Notes under the pieces: model-generated
What the model saw: the letters and a program-made list of their open reading frames with translations, nothing else
Told to the model about the DNA's origin: nothing
Database searches by the model: none
Position numbers and translations under genes: made by a program
Shown: piece after piece, positions 1 to 8,580 of the stretch
Layout: each line of letters begins with the position of its first letter
How positions within the stretch are numbered: the stretch's first letter is position 1
Origin: Nitrososphaerales archaeon
GTDB taxonomy: Archaea > Thermoproteota > Nitrososphaeria > Nitrososphaerales > UBA213
Direction: 5' to 3'
Assembly: GCA_965197925.1 (NCBI GenBank)
Contig: CBDAOC010000020.1
Span: 384,001 to 448,000 of the forward strand
DNA length: 64,000 nucleotides

Positions 1-175
1 GACAACAGAAAGCATCACTAGGAATGATTCTGGTTACACGAATGGCTTACCTTACTTCATTCATTCTTGCAAATTCGCCAGGCCATGAATCTATGAAATC
101 CATATCAAGAAGTATCTGTCTCCTTTTTACCAGTAGATCGTACCCTTTCCAGTTCCTATCAGGTATGAATCTCAA
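1..175 (-). pseudogene. IS5-family transposase N-terminal remnant (runs off window edge)
   Basis: Minus strand reads LRFIPDRNWKGYDLLVKRRQILLDMDFIDSW..., then a frameshift to GKPFV*PESF. Resembles the RNW..Y...LV.RG.ILLD...W start of archaeal IS5 transposases; contains a stop and a frameshift. Confidence 0.65.
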
Positions 176-294
176 TGATAATAACTAATCAAAATCTCAT
201 TCTATCAAATATTCACGAACTTCTGGTTAATTATTCGGCACAGCAAGATATAGGATATAATATAAATATGACTTGTCTCTGATTTTTGATATAA

Positions 295-600
295 ATGAAA
301 TATAAGCAAAGTGAATTATTGTTTGCTTTAATATCAATATCGATTTTAAGTATGGTAACTCCTCAAAGCTATGGACAAGGAACTAATAACATGCCCGGAG
401 AACAGTTCATTGCTGCTGGCTTGGCATTTGGTTTGGCAGCACTTGGTGCTGGTATAGGTTTAGCATATGTTGGCGCCGCGGGTGTGGCTGCTATAAGCGA
501 GAATCCAAAAATGCAGTCAAGAGTCTTCATCTTTATGGGAATGGTAGAATCCATAGCTATCTACGGAATAGTTATGATGTTCATTATACTAGGACAATGA
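295..600 (+). CDS. atpK: A/V-type ATP synthase proteolipid subunit K (c)
   Basis: Signal-like N-terminus, then one helical hairpin with a G/A-rich helix (AAGLAFGLAALGAGIG) and the ion-binding Glu in MVESIAIYG. Confidence 0.95.
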   Translation: MKYKQSELLFALISISILSMVTPQSYGQGTNNMPGEQFIAAGLAFGLAALGAGIGLAYVGAAGVAAISENPKMQSRVFIFMGMVESIAIYGIVMMFIILGQ

Positions 601-707
601 TAGTAAATATTTAGAATAATTCTTACCTTATGTGATTTATTGGAATTATAATTATGAAAGATTATTTTTAAAGAAAGATTTAAACTCCGATAATCCATTC
701 AACTGAT

Positions 708-2822
708 GTGGCTATAGCCAAGTTATTGAAGGCAACGTTGATTCTTCCCAGAACTGAAGTTGTGCAGGCAGCGAGTAGCCTCACCGAGCTAGATTTGTTT
801 CATGCTTTGCCAAAAGGTTCTGATTACATTAACGTAGAACTCGACAACTTGTTGTTAAGAGCCCAGAAGTTATTTCAGTCAATCGATGAAGTTGTAAGTG
901 CACTTAACATTCCTCTAGAAAGTGGTGTGATAGCTACTTTGTTTCAGGGAGTACAGAAGACTAAAACTCAGTATATTGTAGAAGATATTGGAAATCTTGT
1001 TTCCGATATTGAATCCAAATCGAAAACAATAGTGGAAGAGGCCAGAACAATTCTAAACGAATATGGTTCTGTCAAAAGGTCGCTAGAGGAGGATGGAACA
1101 TACCTAGAAGTATTCAGAATTTCATCAAGCCTAAGCATTGAACTTTCAAAAATCAACAGGTTGAAGAGGTTCGACATTAACATGTTTATGGTAAATGCTG
1201 AGGATGTACAGGAAATAGAAAGAACTCTCCACGATCTGGTAATAATAAAGATGCGCTTGAACGAAATGAAGATTGCATTAGTCATAATTGGAACCAAGGA
1301 TGAGTCTGAGAGGATAGGTAAAGTTCTGAGAAGTTTCGATGTACACCCGTTTGTCATCCCCCCGCATTTACCTCAAAACCCTAACCTTGCTTATAGACAC
1401 TTAGAGCAGAAGTTCAAGGAAATGAAAATAAAGAAAAGTGAATTGGAAGGAAGTATTAAAGAGCTTAGGCTAAATTTATCGACAAAACTTTTATCCTTTC
1501 GTGAAGGCTTGAGAGTTGCGAAGGATATTTTAGAAACAATGAGAAAACCTGATGGTACCAGAAATTTTGCGATATTTCAAGGCTATATACCAAGCACACT
1601 GGAAAACAAGATGAAGGAGTTAGCAAAAGATTGGGTGTGCATAATAGACGAGGCGAAGGAAAATGATGAAGGGGGTCCTCAAGAGGAACTACCTTCCCTC
1701 CTTATAAACAGTCGATATGTAAAAACCTTTGAAGTTATAACAACAACCCAAGGTGTACCAAGATATACAGAGACAGATCCCACACCTATGATTGCGTTTG
1801 TCTGGCCACTTTTTTATGGGCTAATGTTTGGCGACCTTGGTCATGGTTTGCTGCTTTTTGGGTTTGGTATGTTACTTAGAAATCGAGGAGTTGGAAGCGT
1901 CAGAACGTGGGGCACATTACTATCGGCAAGTGGTGCGGCTGCAAGTATTGCTGGTCTGATAACAGGAGAATTCTTTGGCTGGCACATACATGAGGTTGTA
2001 GTTCTAGACATATTGAGCGCTATACCATTCATAGGAATTCTGCGAGTTTCCGAACTTTCTTTTGATCAGGTGATATTACTTCTTAAAATCTCTATTGCCA
2101 TTGGTATAATTCACCTTATCAGTGCCTTCTTTTTGAATATACTTAGAAATCTCAGACAAGGTAGGAAAATTGAGGTTTATCTGTATAACGTACCAATACT
2201 GGTTATGTACTGTACTGTTATCGCGCTAATACTTGCGGCTATAGGATCTGGATACGATATAATCGGAATGTTTGGCGTGACCGACCGTACACATGATGAA
2301 GCAGTGCCATGGATAACGTTCGTTGTTGGGTCATGGGCAACGGTAGAGATCATTGCAAAAATTTCAGTACCGGTATTGTTTGGATGCATGACATTAATAG
2401 TAATAGGTCATATGATTGAAGAAAAGCGGCGGAAAGCACATGGGTTAGGAACAGAATCTGCTGGCATTATGGGTGTTGTAATCGAATTATTAATGGTAAG
2501 AACCATGGAGCTACTCTCACACACGATAAGCTACAGCAGATTGGGTATAATGCTACTTGTACATGTAGCGCTATTGGTTACCATCAATGATGCATATAAA
2601 TACAGTATAATTAAGGGCGATTTTGGTATTGCACTGGCTCTACTCATTGGTGGAAATATTGGAATCATAATGATCGAGGGTCTTATAGTCTATATACAGG
2701 CAATAAGGTTACACCTTTATGAATGGTTCCCCAAGTGGTATGAGGGAAGTGGTATAGACTTCAAAAAGATCGTACCACAAATGGTATATTCAAGTATTCT
2801 TTGGAAGAGGCAGAAGAAATAG
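708..2822 (+). CDS. atpI: A/V-type ATP synthase subunit I (a)
   Basis: Soluble N-half and multi-TM C-half; motifs DPTP, FYGLMFGDLGHG, SHTISYSRL, IQAIRLHLYEWF. Confidence 0.95.
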   Translation: MAIAKLLKATLILPRTEVVQAASSLTELDLFHALPKGSDYINVELDNLLLRAQKLFQSIDEVVSALNIPLESGVIATLFQGVQKTKTQYIVEDIGNLVSDIESKSKTIVEEARTILNEYGSVKRSLEEDGTYLEVFRISSSLSIELSKINRLKRFDINMFMVNAEDVQEIERTLHDLVIIKMRLNEMKIALVIIGTKDESERIGKVLRSFDVHPFVIPPHLPQNPNLAYRHLEQKFKEMKIKKSELEGSIKELRLNLSTKLLSFREGLRVAKDILETMRKPDGTRNFAIFQGYIPSTLENKMKELAKDWVCIIDEAKENDEGGPQEELPSLLINSRYVKTFEVITTTQGVPRYTETDPTPMIAFVWPLFYGLMFGDLGHGLLLFGFGMLLRNRGVGSVRTWGTLLSASGAAASIAGLITGEFFGWHIHEVVVLDILSAIPFIGILRVSELSFDQVILLLKISIAIGIIHLISAFFLNILRNLRQGRKIEVYLYNVPILVMYCTVIALILAAIGSGYDIIGMFGVTDRTHDEAVPWITFVVGSWATVEIIAKISVPVLFGCMTLIVIGHMIEEKRRKAHGLGTESAGIMGVVIELLMVRTMELLSHTISYSRLGIMLLVHVALLVTINDAYKYSIIKGDFGIALALLIGGNIGIIMIEGLIVYIQAIRLHLYEWFPKWYEGSGIDFKKIVPQMVYSSILWKRQKK

Positions 2823-2826
2823 AATT

Positions 2827-3876
2827 TTATTCTGGCAGCAAAAGTATTGACATTGTAATATCCGTAGATACTTTCTGTTCAATGGCGGATGTGATTGATG
2901 CAAGGTTCCTTACTTCTATCATTTTTAGCTTTACAGCAGAGATCATAGTGCTATAACTAAACATCATTCTGAATGCCCTTAAATATCTTCTTAATAACAC
3001 CCTATCAAAGGACCTTTCAAGTAGTGCAATTGTTTCTATATCATTAGTAAAATGTGGTAATATGTCTTTATAAACGGTATTTCGAAGTTCGGATATAGCG
3101 TCGCTAACATTTCCAGCATTTATCATCTTCTGAATTATGTCTTCAGTAACTGTAGAAGTAGCTTCAACTACAATCTCCCTTATCTGCTGTTCATTGAGAC
3201 CCCAGAACTTGGATCGTAGAACGCTCAAAATATTATAACGATCTATTTCTGGTATTACTATTGCCTTCACACCGGTTTCTTTGCCCGAAGTTGCAAGCCC
3301 CTTTACAAGTCGCTTATAAAATACGTAATCAAGCAATGTATCGAATATCTGCACATCTCCTTTTTCTTTGAAAATTTTAGTAGCTTTTTGTGCAATTTCA
3401 CCAAATTCACTGTCAGCCAATGTGGATGACGCTTCTTCAAGATCTTTTGCAACCAATGCCTTAACAACTATATCGCGCCTACCTAATAGTTCCTCTGCAC
3501 GCAGGTTTATGTGCCTTAAGATCTCCTCGTATAGCTTATTTGATGCCTTGCCTTTTAAAATAATTTTAAGATTCCATATGATATAACGCATGAAATATGC
3601 GTGTGTCACGTCTGAACCTCCAGTTATTTTAGCCATACCAGCATGGAAGTTAACAAGGTCTTCTTTCAGAAGGTTTTCTACACTTTCTGATGTATATGGT
3701 TTTTGTAATTTGGAGACAGTGTTGAGGTAAATTGTGTTCTTTATCCTGGTAACAAATTCGTCCATATCCCTAGATTCTGCTAACATCTGCAGGGTATCTC
3801 TGGAAAGTATATTACCCTTGGCAGTGAAGGATTTCACTGATCCAAATATTTTATGGGGCATACTCACACGTGTCAA
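2827..3876 (-). CDS. atpC: A/V-type ATP synthase subunit C (d)
   Basis: 349 aa, helical; motifs WNLKIILKGK, DRYNILSVLRSK, EVRNL; converges on atpI. Confidence 0.85.
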   Translation of the reverse strand: MTRVSMPHKIFGSVKSFTAKGNILSRDTLQMLAESRDMDEFVTRIKNTIYLNTVSKLQKPYTSESVENLLKEDLVNFHAGMAKITGGSDVTHAYFMRYIIWNLKIILKGKASNKLYEEILRHINLRAEELLGRRDIVVKALVAKDLEEASSTLADSEFGEIAQKATKIFKEKGDVQIFDTLLDYVFYKRLVKGLATSGKETGVKAIVIPEIDRYNILSVLRSKFWGLNEQQIREIVVEATSTVTEDIIQKMINAGNVSDAISELRNTVYKDILPHFTNDIETIALLERSFDRVLLRRYLRAFRMMFSYSTMISAVKLKMIEVRNLASITSAIEQKVSTDITMSILLLPE

Positions 3877-4371
3877 TGCAATTAACCAGTCCGTTTAGAG
3901 TATAAAATTTCCGCGTTATTATAATAAATTAGGCTTGCTTGAAAACTCACTTGAAAAGTTTCCATTGCTTTGCTTATGTTGTGAAGCAAACCTCGCATAA
4001 TGAATAGAAAATGTTTCAAATACTTCATCATAGGTATTTGTCTACATCTATTCTTGTAGATTCGATAGTTATATTAAGATATTGTATAATAATATCGGAT
4101 CTTTAGGATGTTCTCCTGTAATTCAACTGATGGTGAAGATTCTTCTAGTTAGCTAGTAGTATATGGGTTATCCAACTTTCAGCAATTATGATATTTATCC
4201 CAAAGAAAATGGGGAGTGGATCTCCTATGAGTGAAAAAGATAAGGCGGAACCAGTGAGACACAACTTCGCCGGTTAGAATATTGTGTTAGGTTCTACTAA
4301 TGAACCCCTAATGCAACATACATGAAGTATAGTGACAATGAATTATCTCGATCTTAGGGGCTTATCTAATG

Positions 4372-4830
4372 CTAGTAGATCAATTTAGTAATATCTAAAG
4401 TTCTTGTGCAATACCTACACCTTAATAATGGATTTGCCTCATCTGTGACATCTATTATAGGTTTGATCTCTTCCTTGCTGTTAGTAATACATCTTGGGTT
4501 CAAACATCTGAAAATGTCTATGAATGCTGCTGGGAGCTTGACCTTTCTCTTTTCTATAACCTTGTAATCCCGTATTATGTTAATGGTAGCTTCTGGAGCC
4601 AGCAACGCTAGCTTATTGGTCTCTCCAGGTTCAAGGAGCTTATTCTCAACTTTAATTATATCCTTGGTCTCAAGTTTACTGCTCGGTACATTCAAGGCTG
4701 CTGTAATAACATTACCCTCTTTCCCAGTAATATTCAGGGCTTTAAGAACAACGAAAGCCATTCCAGGCTTTATGTGGTCTATGACAGTGCCTCCTTTAAT
4801 TCTCCGGACGAGAAGTTGAGCCTCAGACAT
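4372..4830 (-). CDS. pyrI: Aspartate carbamoyltransferase regulatory subunit
   Basis: GTVIDHI, KDIIKVE, Zn ligands CLNPRC...CRYC. Confidence 0.97.
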   Translation of the reverse strand: MSEAQLLVRRIKGGTVIDHIKPGMAFVVLKALNITGKEGNVITAALNVPSSKLETKDIIKVENKLLEPGETNKLALLAPEATINIIRDYKVIEKRKVKLPAAFIDIFRCLNPRCITNSKEEIKPIIDVTDEANPLLRCRYCTRTLDITKLIY

Positions 4831-4877
4831 GAGAATACTTTGTATATGTCCGTTTATAATGATATTGTCGTGGTTAA

Positions 4878-5807
4878 ATGAACAATCGATTTTATGGCGT
4901 GGATATAGTTTCGATAAAGGATTTTAGCAAGAAAGAGCTTGACTTCTTGTTCAAATCTACAAATAAAATACAAAATATGCATCAAAACGAAAAAAGAGAG
5001 CTTGCTAGAGGAAGAATATTGGGTTATCTTTTCTTTGAGCCAAGTACAAGAACAAGATTGAGCTTCGAAGCAGCGATGGCGAGTATAGGTGGTAGTTCCA
5101 TTGGAATTACGGACGCAAAATCATCATCCATAGAAAAGGGAGAAAGTTTAACCGACACTGTTAGAGTAATTGATCAATATTCAGATGTAATTGTGCTAAG
5201 GAATCCATTGGATGGATCAAGTAGATATGCTGCGGAGATTGCAGAAAAACCTGTTATAAATGCAGGAAGTGGAACGGAGGAGCATCCAACTCAAGCAATG
5301 CTTGATCTCTATACAATATGGAAAGAAAAGGAAGGAATAGATGGATTAAAAATCGGAATTGTAGGAGATCTAAAATATGGTAGAACTGTATACTCGCTGA
5401 TTTACGGTTTATCTAATTACAAAGTTGAAATTTATCTGATTGCGCCATCATTGTTAAGGATAAGGGCAGAATTGATCCAAGAAATGAAACATAAGATCAG
5501 AATAGAGGAACATGGTGTTTTGAATGATGTTTTGAAGAACCTTGATGTTGTGTATGTTACGAGGATACAAAAGGAGCGGTTCCCTGATATTCTGGAGTAT
5601 GAAAAGGTTAGAGGAAGTTATACCATTAATGCCAAAATACTAGAAGGTGCAAAGAGTGATGTTATCGTGATGCATCCTTTGCCTCGGTTAGAAGAAGTAG
5701 ATCGTGATATTGATTATACTTTAAAGGCTAAATATTTTAAGCAGGTGAATTACGGAAAGGATTTAAGGGCAGCATTGCTTACATTAATCCTAAACAAAGG
5801 ATTTTAA
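4878..5807 (+). CDS. pyrB: Aspartate carbamoyltransferase catalytic subunit
   Basis: FFEPSTRTRLSF, HPTQ, HPLPR. Confidence 0.98.
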   Translation: MNNRFYGVDIVSIKDFSKKELDFLFKSTNKIQNMHQNEKRELARGRILGYLFFEPSTRTRLSFEAAMASIGGSSIGITDAKSSSIEKGESLTDTVRVIDQYSDVIVLRNPLDGSSRYAAEIAEKPVINAGSGTEEHPTQAMLDLYTIWKEKEGIDGLKIGIVGDLKYGRTVYSLIYGLSNYKVEIYLIAPSLLRIRAELIQEMKHKIRIEEHGVLNDVLKNLDVVYVTRIQKERFPDILEYEKVRGSYTINAKILEGAKSDVIVMHPLPRLEEVDRDIDYTLKAKYFKQVNYGKDLRAALLTLILNKGF

Positions 5808-5832
5808 AGGAAAAGGTAGGAATTTTTATATA

Positions 5833-8487
5833 TTAACCAGAAACGCAGCTACTCCAGCCGCATTCTATACAACAGTTGCACCCTTCCAGAAACACCATTC
5901 TGCCATCGCAAACAGGACAGGGATCTTTTTCGGTTTGCTTGTGTGGAATCAAAGGATGGGCTGGATCGTCACGTTCGCTCTTTGGTCTAATTATTTTTAC
6001 AACCTCGCCGTATACGAACTCGTCCTTGATGTTATTCGTTACATAATTGACAACGTATTCGCTTGGTAAGACCTCGAAATTCTTTTCCTTTGAGTCGCTA
6101 GTTATGTGCAAAACTTGCTCGTGCCTAGAACCATCTCTGTACACAGTTACACCTTTCAAGTCTAATTCATGTGCGAGTAAGTAGGAACATTTTACATCCT
6201 CTGCCGTCACATCATCTGGCATATTTATCGTCTTGGCAATTGCGTTGCTTATCCATCTTTGCCACACAGCTTGGGCCATCAGATGATCTGCCCAGTGCAT
6301 ATCCATAGCAGTAACAAAGATGTTTTGCATCCAATCAGGAATTCCATCAAGACCCTTTATAGATCCATAATTGGCAGATATTTTCTCAAGGAGTTCGTCA
6401 CTGTACAGTCCATGCTCCCTTAGTGTATTTTCAAATATCTTGTTGGTGTAGAAGAATCTACCAACTGTTACCCTCTTCTCGAATACCAGCGCAAACATTG
6501 GCTCAACACCATTTGAGCAATTGGCAATCATTGAAAGCGTTCCCGTTGGTGCAATAGTAGTAGTCTGTGAGTTTCTAATTCCAAAACGCATTATTTTGTC
6601 AATTAGTGAATCCCAATCGTATGAATGTTGATTCTTTGACAATTCGTAATAGCCTGAAATAGGTAACTTGCCATACACGTAGTCCGAATCGTTGAACATT
6701 GGAAATGACCCACGATTTCTTGCTATCTCAACACTCTCCTCCATACTGTAGTATGACAACGCTTCAGCAAGTCTTGCAGAAAATTCATATCCTTCTTTAG
6801 AATTGTATGGAATCTTTAGTTTAAACAGAAGATCTGCAAGCCCCATTATACCCAAACCAATTCTCCTAGAAAGTTTAGAAGCAATGTCAATCTCAGTTAC
6901 CGGATATTTGTTTGCATCTATTATGTTGTCAAGAAACCTTGTAGACAACCTCACCACTTGTTCATACCTTTGCCAGTCGAATTCAAATTCTCCATCTGCT
7001 CTTCGCTTTGCAAGATTTGCTAGATTAATCGAGCCAAGGTTGCATGATTCGTAGGGGTAAAGACTTTGTTCACCGCATGGATTTGTAGCTCTGATAAATC
7101 CTTGTGCCCTAGTCATCACGTTGTACTTATTCATATTGTCGAAGAACAGAATGCCTGGTTCTGCGCTTTTCCATGCACTTAATGCAATAAGATCAATCAT
7201 ATGATTAGCGTCAATGTGTTTTACAATGGAACCAGTTCTCGGATTTCTTAACGGATATTTCGTCTTGTTTTTCATTGCGTCCCAGAAATCCTCCCAAATG
7301 CCAATACTGACATTAAAGTTCTCAAAGACCCCAGGTGTAGTCTTAGAAGTAACGAATTTTTCAATGTCAGGATGCCATACTTCTAGTATTCCCATGTTAG
7401 CACCCCTCCTTTTACCTCCTTGCTTCACAACATCTGTTACGGTATCGATTATACGCATAAACGATGTTGGTCCGGATGCAACTCCTGACGTGGAAGCAAC
7501 ATTATCGCCCTCTGGTCTCAGATCTGAATAATTAATCCCTACTCCTCCACCAGATTTAAAAATCAATGCTGCGTCAGTAGATGATTTCATTATGTTGAAC
7601 ATATCATCCTTCATCTCAAGCACAAAGCAGGCTGAGAGCTGTCCCAACCTAGCACCTGCATTCATCATTGTTGGAGAATTAGGTAGGAAGTTCTTATCAA
7701 TCATCAACTCAATGTAGTCGTCGATGTGCTCTGCATACTCATCGAATTTACCATCTTCGAGCATCTGCAACAATTCTAGGATTGTTACTTTCATCTGACC
7801 ATGCGCTGATAGAACCTTGTAGATCATTAGCAAAGATTCGACATGCCATTTATTCAAAATATAGGATCCAATCTTGTACTTATTATCTAAATCATTTATT
7901 TGCTGCAGGTGCTCGGTGATCTCATCAATATTCTGCTTTATGCCTGAATTAAGACCAAATATTCTTTGATCCCGCATCATGTCTGGGAGTGCAACAATGA
8001 TGGCAACACGTTCAAACAGCTTTTTAGGTCCTTCTACGAATCTTCCATTTTCATCCTTTAATAAGTATCTGGATGCGAGCACACGCAGGGAGTTTACATC
8101 AAGAACCTTGTCAACATCGTCCAGTGAAGTTCGCTCAAGAACCTTCATCTTCTCCTCTCTTATCTTGCGCCTTTCATGCCTGTAAAGGATAAATGCCTTA
8201 GCTGTTTCAGATAGGCCTTGCTCTATTAGCACAGATTCTACCATATCTTGGATATCTTCTACGCTGGGTGAATTATTTTCATCACATCCTTGCTTTGCCA
8301 ACTTTTGCAATACTTTAACAACCAACTTTTCCGCCAACGGATAATCGGCTCTATTGGTAGCGACCAATGCTTTGTAAATTGCGCTTGAAATTTTTGAACT
8401 CTGAAAATCTACAATCCTACCATCTCGTTTCTTAATTTTACTAATTAAACTAGATAAATCATTTGAAATATCCGCAGTTCCCGCCAT
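5833..8487 (-). CDS. nrdJ: Adenosylcobalamin-dependent (class II) ribonucleotide reductase with N-terminal ATP-cone
   Basis: ATP-cone (IKKRDGRIVDF); PNSPTMMNAG, QLSACFV, TNPCGEQ, ESCNLGS, IAPTGT; C-terminal Cys cluster. Confidence 0.95.
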   Translation of the reverse strand: MAGTADISNDLSSLISKIKKRDGRIVDFQSSKISSAIYKALVATNRADYPLAEKLVVKVLQKLAKQGCDENNSPSVEDIQDMVESVLIEQGLSETAKAFILYRHERRKIREEKMKVLERTSLDDVDKVLDVNSLRVLASRYLLKDENGRFVEGPKKLFERVAIIVALPDMMRDQRIFGLNSGIKQNIDEITEHLQQINDLDNKYKIGSYILNKWHVESLLMIYKVLSAHGQMKVTILELLQMLEDGKFDEYAEHIDDYIELMIDKNFLPNSPTMMNAGARLGQLSACFVLEMKDDMFNIMKSSTDAALIFKSGGGVGINYSDLRPEGDNVASTSGVASGPTSFMRIIDTVTDVVKQGGKRRGANMGILEVWHPDIEKFVTSKTTPGVFENFNVSIGIWEDFWDAMKNKTKYPLRNPRTGSIVKHIDANHMIDLIALSAWKSAEPGILFFDNMNKYNVMTRAQGFIRATNPCGEQSLYPYESCNLGSINLANLAKRRADGEFEFDWQRYEQVVRLSTRFLDNIIDANKYPVTEIDIASKLSRRIGLGIMGLADLLFKLKIPYNSKEGYEFSARLAEALSYYSMEESVEIARNRGSFPMFNDSDYVYGKLPISGYYELSKNQHSYDWDSLIDKIMRFGIRNSQTTTIAPTGTLSMIANCSNGVEPMFALVFEKRVTVGRFFYTNKIFENTLREHGLYSDELLEKISANYGSIKGLDGIPDWMQNIFVTAMDMHWADHLMAQAVWQRWISNAIAKTINMPDDVTAEDVKCSYLLAHELDLKGVTVYRDGSRHEQVLHITSDSKEKNFEVLPSEYVVNYVTNNIKDEFVYGEVVKIIRPKSERDDPAHPLIPHKQTEKDPCPVCDGRMVFLEGCNCCIECGWSSCVSG

Positions 8488-8580
8488 CCCCTCTTACTTC
8501 GAAGAGCTGGTAATATTAAATCTTGCTAGTTCTCATGCGTCCTTAATAGTTAAGAAAAATTGTTGTTCTCTTTGGAAAAC

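Noticed and set aside
7720..7995. Roughly 90-aa insertion in NrdJ as a possible intein
   Set aside because: No C/S-start or HN-C/S/T end motifs and no LAGLIDADG; looks like a helical lineage-specific insertion.
8488..8580. Cobalamin riboswitch upstream of nrdJ or cbiH
   Set aside because: Spacers are too short (93 and 44 bp) and show no B12-box.
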